Origin: a bacterium
Lineage (GTDB): Bacteria > Zhuqueibacterota > Zhuqueibacteria > Zhuqueibacterales > Zhuqueibacteraceae
Direction: 5' to 3'
Length of the DNA stretch: 64,000 nt
Assembly (NCBI GenBank): GCA_044869275.1
Contig: JBIOXB010000139.1
Location: 1 to 64,000 of the forward strand
Shown here: one piece after another, positions 1 through 10,475 of the stretch
Layout: each line of letters starts with the position of its first letter
Numbering within the stretch: position 1 is the first letter of the stretch
Position numbers and translations under genes: made by a program
The notes under the pieces: model-generated
The model's database searches: none
Seen by the model: only the letters and a program-made list of their open reading frames with translations
What the model was told of the DNA's origin: nothing

Positions 1-58
1 CCGTCTCCCACTCTCCCCGTCTCCCACTCTCCCCGTCTCCCACTCTCCCACTCCCCTC
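1..58. repeat. Tandem octamer-based repeat (CCGTCTCC/CACTCTCC units)
   Basis: ccgtctcccactctcc repeated 3x directly after the stop of the ABC permease; same unit family at 48886-49030. Confidence 0.85.
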
Positions 59-1292
59 ACGTCTTCAAGCACTCCACCACATTCAATCCCGCTGCCTTCC
101 TCGCCGGCATCAGACCCGCGGCTAGGCCGATGAGCATCAAGACGACGACGGTAATGGCCACGACTTCAAACGAAAACTCCGGCGTGCCGATGAATTCTTT
201 GATGGGAATAAATTGCAGCAACGCAATGACGCCATACGAAATCGCAAAGCCGATGAGCGAGCCCAGCGCCACGATGAAAAATGTTTCCATAAAAAACTGA
301 AACATAATGTGCGATTTCTTCGCTCCCACCGAGCGCTTGATGCCGATCTCTTTGATCCTTTCCTGCACCACGATGTACATGATGTTCGCCACGCCGATGC
401 CGCCCACGGCCAAAGTCATGCTGCCGATCAATCCCATGAAAATGTTGAAGGCGAGAAAGAAATAGAACAGAAACTTGTCGAACTCCGCCGTGTCCCAAAT
501 CCAAATCGCGTCGTGATCCTTGGGATCGAATTTGTAGCGCTTACCCAACGCTTCCCGCACTTTGTCTCTGACTGCTTCGGACTGCGTGGGATCGTGTGGC
601 ACGTAAATCATGTTGCTCAAATTGATCGTGCCGAAAACGGAAGAAAAAGTGGAGGCGGGAATGAAGATGCGATCGCGGTCGCGCGAATTATAAGAGGAGT
701 TCTGCGTCTTTTTTTGCATCACGCCGATGACGGTGAAAGGCGTTTGACCGACGTAGATGATTTTCCCGATCGCGGCTTGCTCGCCGAACAAAAACTCTTT
801 CACTTTGTCGCCGATCAGGGCCACGCGCCGGCGGTGCAGCAAGTCCTGGTCGTTGACGAAGCGCCCGCCCGTTTCGGGAATGATATTGCGCATGTCGCTG
901 TAAATGGGATACACGCCGGTGACCAGCGGATTCAGGATATTCTCGCCCACGCGCACGGTTACGCCGCGCCGGCTGAATTCGGGGCTGATCGCTGCGATTT
1001 CCGGGACCTGGGTCGCGAGTAGTTTGACGTCTTCTTCTACAAACTGCACCGGGCGACCAGTGCCGAATCCTGCAAATGCTTTAGTCGTTCTGCCGGGAAA
1101 CATGATGGCAATGCTTTCGCCGATGCCGTGCATGTTGATCGAAAGCTGCTTTTTGAAACCCATGCCGAAGGCGAGCAGTACTACAATCGACACCGTGCCC
1201 CAAATGATGCCGAAGATGGTGAGAAAGGTGCGCAATTTTTGCGCGCGCAAATCCTCGAGGAATTCGCGCAGGGTGGTTATTAAGTGGTTCAT
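57..1292 (-). CDS. ABC transporter permease, MacB/FtsX family
   Basis: RTFLTIFGIIWG N-terminus, large periplasmic domain, GGIGVANIMYIVVQERIKEIGIKRSVGA motif, C-terminal GLMPARKAA. Confidence 0.93.
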   Translation of the reverse strand: MNHLITTLREFLEDLRAQKLRTFLTIFGIIWGTVSIVVLLAFGMGFKKQLSINMHGIGESIAIMFPGRTTKAFAGFGTGRPVQFVEEDVKLLATQVPEIAAISPEFSRRGVTVRVGENILNPLVTGVYPIYSDMRNIIPETGGRFVNDQDLLHRRRVALIGDKVKEFLFGEQAAIGKIIYVGQTPFTVIGVMQKKTQNSSYNSRDRDRIFIPASTFSSVFGTINLSNMIYVPHDPTQSEAVRDKVREALGKRYKFDPKDHDAIWIWDTAEFDKFLFYFFLAFNIFMGLIGSMTLAVGGIGVANIMYIVVQERIKEIGIKRSVGAKKSHIMFQFFMETFFIVALGSLIGFAISYGVIALLQFIPIKEFIGTPEFSFEVVAITVVVLMLIGLAAGLMPARKAAGLNVVECLKT

Positions 1293-2386
1293 TCGATCTT
1301 CTTCACCGGCTTCTCCAAAACTTCATCGCCTTCCTTCAAACCGGATAGAATCTCGACGCTGATCGCGTCGCTCAGGCCCGTGACGATCTGCTGCTCTTTC
1401 GATTTTTCTTTGGAAACCGTAAGCTTCACAAAGGCCGAATCATTGCGGAACGTGACCACGCGCTCCGGCACCACCAGCACGCTGTCTTTTTTCTGAATGA
1501 TGATGTTCGCATTCGCGGAATAGCCGGCGCGCAGCGTGGTGCCGTTGCTCTGATCGATCACGATCTCGATCGGAAAGACCGTGGCATTCTCTTTCTTCTC
1601 GGCTTTCAGTGAAATCAAGCGCAGCTCGCCTTTGATTTTGTGATCGGGCAGAGCGCCGATTTTGATTTCCGCTTCCTGGCCTTCGCGCAATTTGCCGACG
1701 TCGATCTCATCCACCGTGCCCTTGAAGATCAGTTGTTTCATGTCCGCGATTCTCATCAACACCGTGCCTTCTTGAAAGGAAGTCAGAGGCGTCACCGGAT
1801 CGCCAACCTCCACGGTTTTGCTGAGCACGTAGCCGTCGATCGGCGATTTGATCACGGTTTCGATCTGTGTTTTGCCGATTTTAATTTTGCCGCTTTCGAT
1901 CAACGCCAGTTTTTCGCGCGCGATATTCAAACGGAGCTCGGCTTCCTCAAATTGCCGCTGCGAAGATTCGTACTCTTGCGAAGAGATGAGTTTGTTGTTG
2001 AGCAGGGACTCTTTCCGCGCATTTTCTTTGGCAATGTTGTTCCGCTCAACTTGTGCCAGCTCAAGGTTGCGCTTGGCCTCGGCCAGTTCCAACGGCGTCG
2101 GATCCGGGCGAACTTCCAATAGCGGCTCGCCGACTTTCACGTATACGCCGACGTCCGCAAAAATCTTTTGCACCACGCCGGAGACTTTGGATTTGATCGA
2201 AATTTCATTCTCGGGCTCGATGGTGCCGACGGCCAGCGCTTTGTCCACCAAATTGCCCTTGGTGACTTTGACTTTGGGCAAAGCGTCGTCTTTGCTGTTC
2301 TGGGATTTGCGCCACCAAAAAAATCCGGCGATGCCTGCAACGCCTAAAATCAATACCGGCCATAGTACTTTCTTTTTCACTTTCAT
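1289..2386 (-). CDS. Efflux periplasmic adaptor subunit (MacA/HlyD family)
   Basis: Start re-called at MKVKKK (GA-rich RBS); N-terminal TM, IKSKVSGVV lipoyl half-motif, coiled hairpin, IKSPIDG, VDEIDVGKL; overlaps permease start. Confidence 0.92.
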   Translation of the reverse strand: MKVKKKVLWPVLILGVAGIAGFFWWRKSQNSKDDALPKVKVTKGNLVDKALAVGTIEPENEISIKSKVSGVVQKIFADVGVYVKVGEPLLEVRPDPTPLELAEAKRNLELAQVERNNIAKENARKESLLNNKLISSQEYESSQRQFEEAELRLNIAREKLALIESGKIKIGKTQIETVIKSPIDGYVLSKTVEVGDPVTPLTSFQEGTVLMRIADMKQLIFKGTVDEIDVGKLREGQEAEIKIGALPDHKIKGELRLISLKAEKKENATVFPIEIVIDQSNGTTLRAGYSANANIIIQKKDSVLVVPERVVTFRNDSAFVKLTVSKEKSKEQQIVTGLSDAISVEILSGLKEGDEVLEKPVKKIE

Positions 2387-2481
2387 CGCAGCTCCCTCTC
2401 CTGATTGAGGACTCGTGACGGCTTCCACTCAAAAGCGTCTTCAAATACGGTGGGTAGCGCAGAAGGTTGCACAGAGTTGCA

Positions 2482-3684
2482 CTATGAACGCCTGATCAAG
2501 TCCGCATATTTCAATCCGGAACCGGTATTGAAGACGACGACTCTTTCCTCCGGACGAATCCAGCCGGAGGCCGCAAGCTGTTTGGTGGCTTCGAGCGCGG
2601 CAGCGCCTTCCGGGCACATGAAAATGCCGGTCGCGCGCGAATATTCATAAGTCGCCGGGGCGATGCGCTCCTCCTCCACTGCGAGGGCGCAGCCCTGGCT
2701 TGCGCGAATCGCGCGCAGCATCAAAAAATCTCCCACGGCGCGCGGCACGCGCAGGCCGCTGGCGACGGTCGCGGCGTTTTGCCATTCGGGGGCGTGATCG
2801 AGCTGCTGTTCGAAGGCGCGCACGATGGGCGCACAACCGTTGGATTGAATGGAAACCATTCTCGGCCGGCGCGAACCAATCCAGCCCAATTGCTCCATTT
2901 CTTCGAAGGCTTTCCACATGCCGATCAGGCCGGTGCCGCCGCCGGTGGGATAAACAATGACGTCGGGCAATTGCCAATTAAACTGTTCGGCCAATTCGAA
3001 ACCCATCGTCTTTTTGCCCTCGACGCGATACGGCTCTTTTAATGTAGAAAGATCGAACCAGCCCTCGCGCTCTTTGCCGGCGACGACGTGCTTGGCGCAA
3101 TCCGTGATCAGGCCGTCGATCAGCTGCAATTTCGCCCCGTAAAACTCGCATTCATCCTTGAAAGCTTGCGGTACGTCGCGGGGCATGAACACATGCGCTT
3201 CAATTCCAGCGCACGCCGCATATGCGGCCGCTGCACTGCCCGCATTTCCAGCGGAAGGCAAAGCGACTTTCTTCACGCCCAATTCTTTCGCGCGCGAAAC
3301 GGCCAGGCTCATGCCGCGCGCTTTGAATGACAACGTCGCGTTGAAAGATTCGTCTTTAATCCAAAGATTTTGCAGCTTGAATTGCCCGGCCAGTTTCGGG
3401 GCGGATAAAAGCGGCGTCCAGCCTTCGCCGAGCGAGACGCGATTTGTACGGTGAAAAACGGGAAGAATCGGTGCGTAGCGCCATAGGCTCGTTTCCGCAT
3501 TCTGCAGGGCCGTGCGCGGCCAACTTTGGCGCAAAGCGGCAAGGTCATAACGCGCGAACAGCGGCCCGCCGCATGTACAAAGGCCAATGAGTTGCTGAGG
3601 AGAGTACTGTTGGCTGCAGCGGGTGCATGCGAGGTGGGTGAAGAAAGAAGTGTGGTCAAGATGGTGCGACATAACGGCTTTCAT
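2482..3684 (-). CDS. thrC: Threonine synthase (PLP fold II)
   Basis: N-terminal Cys motif, SLGEGWTPL, SFKARG PLP lysine, SAGNAG, EPYRVEGKKTMG, YPTGGGTG, NTGSGLKY; start 3684 or 3672. Confidence 0.85.
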   Translation of the reverse strand: MKAVMSHHLDHTSFFTHLACTRCSQQYSPQQLIGLCTCGGPLFARYDLAALRQSWPRTALQNAETSLWRYAPILPVFHRTNRVSLGEGWTPLLSAPKLAGQFKLQNLWIKDESFNATLSFKARGMSLAVSRAKELGVKKVALPSAGNAGSAAAAYAACAGIEAHVFMPRDVPQAFKDECEFYGAKLQLIDGLITDCAKHVVAGKEREGWFDLSTLKEPYRVEGKKTMGFELAEQFNWQLPDVIVYPTGGGTGLIGMWKAFEEMEQLGWIGSRRPRMVSIQSNGCAPIVRAFEQQLDHAPEWQNAATVASGLRVPRAVGDFLMLRAIRASQGCALAVEEERIAPATYEYSRATGIFMCPEGAAALEATKQLAASGWIRPEERVVVFNTGSGLKYADLIRRS

Positions 3685-3709
3685 CCTCAAGCGGTACTTC
3701 AATAAAAGA

Positions 3710-3914
3710 TTGGAACCACGGATTGCGCGGATGAGCACGGATGAAGAAAAAATCTATGGAATTCTTCCTTTGTATCCCGGAGAGGCCTTCTCAAATTGAT
3801 TAAAAGCCCGATTTTGGTTTTGGACCCACGGATTGATTGGATGAGCACGGATTAAGGCACAATCTATAGGATTCTTCTTCGATATTCCAGCGAGGGCTTG
3901 CCAAAATTGATCAA
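3710..3914. repeat. Imperfect ~95-bp direct duplication (period 110) containing CACGGAT units
   Basis: 3710-3803 vs 3820-3914, both ttggaNccacggattg...gatgagcacggat...aatctat...aaattgat; inverted copy of the unit at 4071-4088. Confidence 0.8.
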
Positions 3915-4062
3915 GAGACAGAATCTTCCTCAAGTTTAATTCATAGCAAAGCGCTTCTTCATAAACGTATTCCAAAAATCCCGGCCCCAAAGTGCCGTGG
4001 ACTTCCATGGCGGCACCAATGATCCCGTAAGTCAATTCTTCAAACAGCAATTTTGACCCCAT
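3754..4062 (-). pseudogene. GxxExxY family protein, internally deleted and frameshifted
   Basis: N-terminus [29 protein letters not shown] is the GxxExxY signature; after ~47 aa the DNA jumps to the family C-terminus ([14 protein letters not shown]) in another frame near 3920. Confidence 0.85.
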
Positions 4063-4087
4063 GTCACCCCTCCGTGAAATCCGTGGT

Positions 4088-5533
4088 TTATTTTCTTTCC
4101 AGTTTATGCTTGAGAATTTCGTTCGCCACTTTCGGATTCGCCTTCCCGCGCATGGCTTTCATCAATTGTCCCACCAAAAACCCGAAGACTTTGGCTTCCC
4201 CCGCGCGATAACGTTCGACTTCCTGGGAATGAGCGGCGATAATCTCCGCAACCGCCTTCTCGATTGCTGCGGTATCGGACACTTGCTGCAAGCCCTTCTC
4301 GCCGACGATTGCCTGGGCTGGTTTTCCCGAAACCAGCATTTCATCGAACACTTCTTTGGCAGTTTTGGCACTAATGGCGCCTTGTTCGAGCAATTGCAGC
4401 AATTCGGCCAGCGACTTTGGAGCAAGCCTGAATGCGGTGATCTCAATTTTCTGCTCGCCCAAGGCCCGCAACACTTCGCCCATCACCCAATTGGCCGCCA
4501 GCTGCGGATCTTTGACTTGCTTGGTCGTCGCTTCAAAATAATCCGCCACCGCTTTTTCTTCAGTCAAAACCTCGGCATGCTGTTTGGACAAACGATATTG
4601 CGACACAAAGCGGTCACGCCGCGCGCTGGGCAGTTCCGGCAATTCGCGTTGAATACGATTGCGCCAGGCTTCATCAACGCGCAAAGGCACCAAATCGGGA
4701 TCGGGAAAATAACGATAATCATGCGCGTCTTCTTTCGAGCGCATGGGCACGGCTTGGTTGCGATTGGCGTCCCACAGCAAGGTTTCTTGCACCACTTTTT
4801 CGCCGCTGTCCAGCAATTTGATTTGCCGCTGAATTTCGAATTCAATCGCGCGCTCAACGTGGCGGAAAGAGTTCATATTCTTGAGTTCGGTTTTGGTGCC
4901 GAACACTTTTTGCCCGGCCGGCCGCACGGAAACATTGGCGTCGCAGCGCAGGCTGCCTTCTTCCATGTTGCCGTCGCAAATGCCGAGGTAGCGCACGAGC
5001 TGGCGCATGTATTGCAGATAAAGATAAGCTTCGCGCGACGAGGCCATATCCGGCCCGCTGACAATTTCAATCAACGGCACACCACAGCGATTGAGATCGA
5101 CCAACGTTTCATTTTCAGCGACGAACGATTCGGCGTGAATGGATTTGCCCGCGTCTTCTTCCAAATGAATGCGAATCAGCCGAATGCGCTTGTGCGCACC
5201 GTCTTCCAATTCAATTTCGACCCAGCCCTCTTCGCACAGCGGTTCTTCGTATTGCGAGATTTGATACCCTTTGGGCAGGTCGGGATAAAAATAATGCTTG
5301 CGCGCAAACACGGAATGTTGCGCGATTCTGCAATTCGTTGCCAGCCCCATGCGCATGGCGAACTCAACCGCCTGGCGATTGAGCACGGGCAGCACACCGG
5401 GCAAGCCCAGGCAGATCGCCGAAACTTGCGTGTTCGGTGCCGCGCCGAATTTCGCGCTGGCGGGGGAAAAGATTTTCGAAGCCGTGAGAAGCTGGGCGTG
5501 AACTTCGAGGCCAATGACGGGTTCGTAGGGCAT
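4088..5533 (-). CDS. gatB: Asp/Glu-tRNA amidotransferase subunit B
   Basis: [60 protein letters not shown]. Confidence 0.98.
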   Translation of the reverse strand: MPYEPVIGLEVHAQLLTASKIFSPASAKFGAAPNTQVSAICLGLPGVLPVLNRQAVEFAMRMGLATNCRIAQHSVFARKHYFYPDLPKGYQISQYEEPLCEEGWVEIELEDGAHKRIRLIRIHLEEDAGKSIHAESFVAENETLVDLNRCGVPLIEIVSGPDMASSREAYLYLQYMRQLVRYLGICDGNMEEGSLRCDANVSVRPAGQKVFGTKTELKNMNSFRHVERAIEFEIQRQIKLLDSGEKVVQETLLWDANRNQAVPMRSKEDAHDYRYFPDPDLVPLRVDEAWRNRIQRELPELPSARRDRFVSQYRLSKQHAEVLTEEKAVADYFEATTKQVKDPQLAANWVMGEVLRALGEQKIEITAFRLAPKSLAELLQLLEQGAISAKTAKEVFDEMLVSGKPAQAIVGEKGLQQVSDTAAIEKAVAEIIAAHSQEVERYRAGEAKVFGFLVGQLMKAMRGKANPKVANEILKHKLERK

Positions 5534-5544
5534 GGAAAAAGGGC

Positions 5545-5602
5545 TGATTGGATTGGTGGATTATTGGATTGATGGATGCTTGAATTCTTGATGCTGGATG
5601 CT
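5545..5602. repeat. Degenerate GATTGNTG octamer/heptamer repeat
   Basis: tgattggattggtggattattggattgatggatgc...tgatgctggatgctg between gatA and gatB; similar run at 24248-24281. Confidence 0.6.
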
Positions 5603-5614
5603 GTTGCTTTTCTC

Positions 5615-7048
5615 TCAGCCGGGCAAGTTATTCTGTTCCAAGAAACGTGCGATTTGCAAAAGCGTGGTTTCATCAAACGGTTTGGCAATCAACTGAATGC
5701 CAATCGGCAGACTGTTGCGATCCACACCGGCAGGCAGGGAAAGCGCGGGCACACCGGCGAGATTCATGGACACCGTGAAAATATCGCTCAAGTACATGGT
5801 GAGCGGATCGTCCACTTTCTCTCCCAGCCGGAAGGCCGTGGTGGGCGTGGTGGGCGCGAGCAAGGCATCGCAGGTTTGAAACGCCTCTTCGAAATCGCGG
5901 CGAATCAGGGTGCGCACTTTCATGGCGCGGAGGTAATAGGCGTCGTAATATCCGGAAGACAGCACATGCGTACCGAGCATGATGCGGCGCTTGACTTCGG
6001 CGCCAAAGCCTGCGCTGCGGCTTTGGAGGTACATTTCCTCCAACGCAGAGATATTCTCGGCGCGGCGTCCATAACGCGCGCCATCATAACGCGCGAGATT
6101 GGAGGAAGCCTCGGCGGTACAGATGATGTAATAAGCGGCAATGGCATACGAAGTATGAGGCAATGAGACTTCTCTGATGGCGGCGCCGGCTTTTTCCAAG
6201 GAAGTTTTGGCGCGCGCGGTCGCTTCGAGCACCTCGCTTTGCACGCCGCCGGAAAGATATTCCTTCGGCAAGCCAATGACCTTGCCTTTCATGTCACCGG
6301 CGAGCAGCTTTGAAAATTCCGGCACCGGCACCGGCGCGGAGGTCGAATCAAGCTCATCAATACCGGCAATGGTTTCAAGAATGAGCGCGACGTCTTCAAC
6401 GTTGTGGGCGAGCGGACCGATTTGATCCAGGGAAGAGGCGAAGGCCACCAGACCGTGGCGCGAAACGCGGCCATAGGTCGGCTTCAGGCCCACGACGCCG
6501 CACAAGGCCGCGGGCTGCCGAATCGAGCCGCCGGTATCGCTGCCGAGCGCCGCCATGGCTAGATTTGCCGCCACCGCCACGGCGGAGCCGCCCGAGGAGC
6601 CGCCCGGAACATGACCGTGAGCATGCGGATTTTTCACCGGCCCGAACGCGGAGTTTTCCGTGGAGCTGCCCATGGCAAACTCGTCCATGTTGGTTTTGCC
6701 GATGATGATGGCTCCGGCCTGCTCCAAGCGTTGAATCGCGGTGGCGTCATAGGGCGAGATGAAGTTCTCCAAAATACGTGAGCCGCAGGTGAGGCGCTCG
6801 TCTTTCATCGCGAGAATGTCTTTGGTGGCAAGAATGCACCCCGCCAGCTTGCCGGCCTCCCCGCGCTGGATTTGGGCGTCGATCATTTTCGCGCGCATGC
6901 GCGCGCGTTCCGGCAGAAGCGTGATGAACGCATTCAGCTCCTGTGCCGTTGCAATGCGGCGCAGGTATTCTTCGACGAGCGCCACACAACTGGCGTCGCC
7001 GCGCCGAATTCGGTGTTGTTGCGTGCGAATGCTTTCGGGATGATTCAT
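5615..7048 (-). CDS. gatA: Asp/Glu-tRNA amidotransferase subunit A
   Basis: Amidase signature [44 protein letters not shown]; start re-called at MNHPES (7048). Confidence 0.97.
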   Translation of the reverse strand: MNHPESIRTQQHRIRRGDASCVALVEEYLRRIATAQELNAFITLLPERARMRAKMIDAQIQRGEAGKLAGCILATKDILAMKDERLTCGSRILENFISPYDATAIQRLEQAGAIIIGKTNMDEFAMGSSTENSAFGPVKNPHAHGHVPGGSSGGSAVAVAANLAMAALGSDTGGSIRQPAALCGVVGLKPTYGRVSRHGLVAFASSLDQIGPLAHNVEDVALILETIAGIDELDSTSAPVPVPEFSKLLAGDMKGKVIGLPKEYLSGGVQSEVLEATARAKTSLEKAGAAIREVSLPHTSYAIAAYYIICTAEASSNLARYDGARYGRRAENISALEEMYLQSRSAGFGAEVKRRIMLGTHVLSSGYYDAYYLRAMKVRTLIRRDFEEAFQTCDALLAPTTPTTAFRLGEKVDDPLTMYLSDIFTVSMNLAGVPALSLPAGVDRNSLPIGIQLIAKPFDETTLLQIARFLEQNNLPG

Positions 7049-7175
7049 GCGCGTGATGGCCGTCAGGCGAATGGGGCTAACAGGTGCAATGCCGGGGGCA
7101 AAGACAGGGCGGCGTGTGGCGGTTTCCAGCCATTCTTGGAGATATTCGAACCGAAGCGAGCAAATTGCTCGAACG

Positions 7176-7361
7176 TTATTGCTGCGACCCGGTCTTGGTC
7201 GATTCGATCTTTTCCGCCGGCTTTTCCTCGGGCTCGCTCGCCGCTTTTTTGAATTCGCGAATGCCCTGCCCCAGGCCACGCGCCAATTCCGGGAGTTTTT
7301 TCGCTCCGAACAGAACGATGACGATGATGAGAATAATGATCAATTCTTGCGGACCAGGCAT
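7176..7361 (-). CDS. tatA: Twin-arginine translocase TatA/E
   Basis: [46 protein letters not shown]. Confidence 0.95.
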   Translation of the reverse strand: MPGPQELIIILIIVIVLFGAKKLPELARGLGQGIREFKKAASEPEEKPAEKIESTKTGSQQ

Positions 7362-7447
7362 ATCAACCTCCGAAGGAGTTAAGATTCATGGCAACATTTC
7401 GCTTGTGGTTTTGTCCCGTCATTTCGAGACGGAACCTCCCCCCCCAC

Positions 7448-7702
7448 TCATGCGGCATCCGCATCCTGCGATTTGGGCGGCGCCGGTGAAGGGCGCGGGA
7501 CTGAAGGAGGTGTGCCGCCGGTGCGCGCCGGGCGATCGTAGTCGAGCGTCAATTCTTCTTTCACGTCTTCGGCGGCGCGCCGGAATTCGCTCAGGCCGCG
7601 GCTGATATTGCGCGCCAGCTCCGGTATTTTTTTCGGTCCAAACACCAAGAGCACGATGACCAGAATCACCAGCAATTCACTCATTCCGATTTGGCCGAAC
7701 AT
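7448..7702 (-). CDS. Twin-arginine translocase TatA/TatB family
   Basis: IGMSELLVILVIVLLVFGPKKIPELAR...EFRRA, Pro-rich tail. Confidence 0.9.
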   Translation of the reverse strand: MFGQIGMSELLVILVIVLLVFGPKKIPELARNISRGLSEFRRAAEDVKEELTLDYDRPARTGGTPPSVPRPSPAPPKSQDADAA

Positions 7703-7732
7703 GGCAAGGCTCCGAGAATTCGTCCTCTGAGA

Positions 7733-8008
7733 TCAATCCAAAACCCAGCGCAAAAGATAAATCGCGACGGCAATACCAATGACGCCGGCGCCGTTGACTC
7801 TAAGCTTGAGGCCGAAGGTGAGGTCGATCAAAAGCAATTTCAGCGTGGCCGGCACCAGCTCGGGTTCCCAGCTTTTCACGAAGAAATCGTTCACCACGCC
7901 TTCGGGCAAAACTTTTCCCATCAGCTCGCCGAACACGGTGCCCATGGCCGCGCCGACGAACAAAACCAGGATGATGAATCCCATGCTGCGACGAGAGCGC
8001 ACGCTCAC
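7733..8008 (-). CDS. Small membrane protein, DUF4321-like
   Basis: Two TM segments, P-x-TL-x-L...LTFGL pattern; in operon context. Confidence 0.7.
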   Translation of the reverse strand: MSVRSRRSMGFIILVLFVGAAMGTVFGELMGKVLPEGVVNDFFVKSWEPELVPATLKLLLIDLTFGLKLRVNGAGVIGIAVAIYLLRWVLD

Positions 8009-8031
8009 ACTGCATCCTTTCTCACCAAAAT

Positions 8032-8715
8032 TTATCGTGCCGCGATCATGGCGCGAAAAATCTGCGCGCCGTCATCCGAGCCCAGAAGTTTTTCCGCGGC
8101 GCGCTCGGGATGCGGCATCAAACCCATGACGTTGCCCGCACGATTGACCACGCCCGCGATGTTTTCCACCGCGCCATTGGGGTTGGCTGAAGGTATCACT
8201 TCTCCGCTTGCATTGCAATAGCGAAAAAGAACCTGGCGGTTTTCGTGCAATTCCCCCAGCGTCTCCCCAGCGGCGTAATAACAGCCGTCGCCGTGGGCAA
8301 TGGGTATACTCAAAACCGGCTTGGTCGCGGTGTGCGTGAAGCGCGTCTCCGGGTTTTCGATTTTGACGTAGACCGGCTGCGAGGCGAAGCGCAAATGCGT
8401 GTTGCGCATCAACACCCCGGGCAAAAGCCCGGCCTCGCAGAGAATTTGAAAGCCGTTGCAAATGCCCACCACCGTGCCGCCGCGTTTGGCGAACGGCACG
8501 ACTTCGGACATAACCGGTGAAAAGCGGGCGATCGCGCCGGTGCGCAGATAATCTCCGTAGGAAAACCCCCCCGGCAATATCACCGCATCCAGATCTGACA
8601 AATCGCGCTCTTTGTGCCAGATGAAACGAACCTCTTGGTGCAACAAGTGCCGCAAGACGTGGTAGCAATCATGATCGCAATTCGAGCCGGGAAAAACCAC
8701 GACGCCGAAACGCAT
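8032..8715 (-). CDS. purQ: FGAM synthase glutaminase subunit
   Basis: [39 protein letters not shown]; start MRFGVV. Confidence 0.97.
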   Translation of the reverse strand: MRFGVVVFPGSNCDHDCYHVLRHLLHQEVRFIWHKERDLSDLDAVILPGGFSYGDYLRTGAIARFSPVMSEVVPFAKRGGTVVGICNGFQILCEAGLLPGVLMRNTHLRFASQPVYVKIENPETRFTHTATKPVLSIPIAHGDGCYYAAGETLGELHENRQVLFRYCNASGEVIPSANPNGAVENIAGVVNRAGNVMGLMPHPERAAEKLLGSDDGAQIFRAMIAAR

Positions 8716-8797
8716 GGTTGAGGTTTTTGAAAAAGGTTGAGGCAATTTGGGTTTTACGTTTCAAGCATGATTCTTGTAATGCGTGATGCGTAAGAAA

Positions 8798-9043
8798 TTA
8801 ATCGTCGCACATCGTCAAGCGGTAGTCTTCAATCACGGGATTGGCCAGAAGCTTTTGACAAGCCTCTTCGGCCAGTGCTTGCGCGCGGTCGCGCGAAACG
8901 CCGGCAAACGTCATCTCGATCAATTTGCCCACGCGCACCTCGTGCGCGCCAGAAATGCCGAGCATGCCCAAGGCGTGCAGAATGGTCTTGCCTTGGGGGT
9001 CGAGAATACCGGCCTTGAGCGTGATGTGGATTTTCGCCTTCAT
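8798..9043 (-). CDS. purS: FGAM synthase subunit PurS
   Basis: LKAGILDPQG, VRVGK, LLANPVIEDY. Confidence 0.96.
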   Translation of the reverse strand: MKAKIHITLKAGILDPQGKTILHALGMLGISGAHEVRVGKLIEMTFAGVSRDRAQALAEEACQKLLANPVIEDYRLTMCDD

Positions 9044-9789
9044 CTTCCCACGTGCTTGCTGACGGACACGTCGGGGATGGCCTCTTCTTCTTCATCGCGC
9101 ATATAATGAAAGAGCGCGCGGCCAAGCTGGCTGAGAATATAGCCCGCGGCCAGCGGAAATAGCGCTTCCGCGGGAAAAAACGCAATCAAAACCAAACAGA
9201 GCGCAACGAGCATGAACAAGGCAGTATTTCGACGGCCACGGCGAAAAGAGAATTTCGGCATGGTTTCAAATTCCACGCGCGAAACCATGCACACCGCCAC
9301 CGTCACCACCAGAATGATGGTCAACGCCGGGAAACGCATTTCCTCCCACACCTTCTGGCTGAAAATGATGTAGGAGCAGATCAACCCTGCCGCCGTGGGA
9401 ATGGGCATACCGGTATAATTGTGCTTTTCAAAGCCGGAAAGGGAGGAATTGAAGCGCGCCAGCCGGAATGCGCCGGCAGCGAGCGGCAGAAAGCTGGCAA
9501 TCAACCCGAGGGGTTCGTGCTCGCACAATTGGGAGCAATAAATGAGCATCGCCGGCGCGACGCCGAAGGAAACGACGTCAGCGAGCGAGTCGAACTCGAC
9601 GCCAAATTTCGAGAAGCTCGTGGTGGCGCGGGCGATTTTGCCGTCCAAGTAATCACACACGGCGGCAACGAGCACCAGCCAGGCGCCGGTGCTGAAATTA
9701 CCCTTGAACGCCGAGATAATGGCCAAGAATCCCAGGAAGAGATTGAACACCGTCATGAGATTGGGAGCGAGATAACGTTTATCGCGCAT
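9040..9789 (-). CDS. pssA: CDP-diacylglycerol--serine O-phosphatidyltransferase
   Basis: PNLMT, DYLDGKIAR...GVEFDSLADVVSFGVAPA, RLARFN, GMPIP. Confidence 0.93.
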   Translation of the reverse strand: MRDKRYLAPNLMTVFNLFLGFLAIISAFKGNFSTGAWLVLVAAVCDYLDGKIARATTSFSKFGVEFDSLADVVSFGVAPAMLIYCSQLCEHEPLGLIASFLPLAAGAFRLARFNSSLSGFEKHNYTGMPIPTAAGLICSYIIFSQKVWEEMRFPALTIILVVTVAVCMVSRVEFETMPKFSFRRGRRNTALFMLVALCLVLIAFFPAEALFPLAAGYILSQLGRALFHYMRDEEEEAIPDVSVSKHVGR

Positions 9790-10432
9790 TTTTGCATTCT
9801 CCTAAAATACTCTCTCCTGCCCGGACCTTGTCGCGCAGGCGAACTCTGATTTCCACTTCCCGCGGCAAATACACTTCCATCCGCGATCCGAATTTGATGA
9901 TGCCGAATCTTTCGCCGCGCTGCACTCGATGTCCGGCACGCAAGTCACACACGATGCGCCGCGCGATCAAACCGGCGATTTGCTTGAACAATACCCTGCC
10001 CCAGGGCGCCTCGATACCGATCACCGATTGCTCGTTTTCCACTGAGGCTTCGGGCAGTGAAGCCACGTGAAAACGGCCGCGCTGATACCGATACGCACTC
10101 ACGGCGCCTTCCACCGGCACGCGGTTGACGTGGACGTTGAACACCGACAAAAAAATACTGATGCGCTGCGCCGGACCGCCCAGGAACTCCGGTTCGTCCA
10201 TCTCCTCGATGGCAATCACTGTGCCATCGGCCGGCGACACCACCAGGCCTTTGCCATTCGGCACTTCGCGCTCCGGGTCGCGGAAGAAAAACACGGAAAA
10301 AGCGGCGCTCGCCCACAGAACTGCGCTCAAGCCGCGCAGCCACGCCCCTCCGCCCAGTGTGCGATAGCTCAAGGTGAGCAGCAATGCCATGATCGCCAGA
10401 GCAAAGACGATGCTATATCCCTCACGATGCAC
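9779..10432 (-). CDS. psd: Phosphatidylserine decarboxylase
   Basis: FFRDPER, VSPADG, HVNRVP, QIAGLIARRI, KFGSR autocleavage site. Confidence 0.95.
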   Translation of the reverse strand: MHREGYSIVFALAIMALLLTLSYRTLGGGAWLRGLSAVLWASAAFSVFFFRDPEREVPNGKGLVVSPADGTVIAIEEMDEPEFLGGPAQRISIFLSVFNVHVNRVPVEGAVSAYRYQRGRFHVASLPEASVENEQSVIGIEAPWGRVLFKQIAGLIARRIVCDLRAGHRVQRGERFGIIKFGSRMEVYLPREVEIRVRLRDKVRAGESILGECKNAR

Positions 10433-10475
10433 GAATCAATTTCCTCCTCACCGGGAAAAAAAATAGATGACGGCA

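Noticed and set aside
4061..5572. 503-aa plus-strand ORF, and similar long antisense ORFs (23271-24344, 30663-31754, 34102-35085, 41006-42061, 42058-43332)
   Set aside because: Shadows opposite well-conserved genes in GC-rich DNA; no motifs
7049..7279. N-terminal extension of GatA in the ORF track (likewise PurC to 11462, aminotransferase from 48905, LolA-like from 59969)
   Set aside because: Overlap neighbouring genes or repeats; downstream ATGs match the family starts
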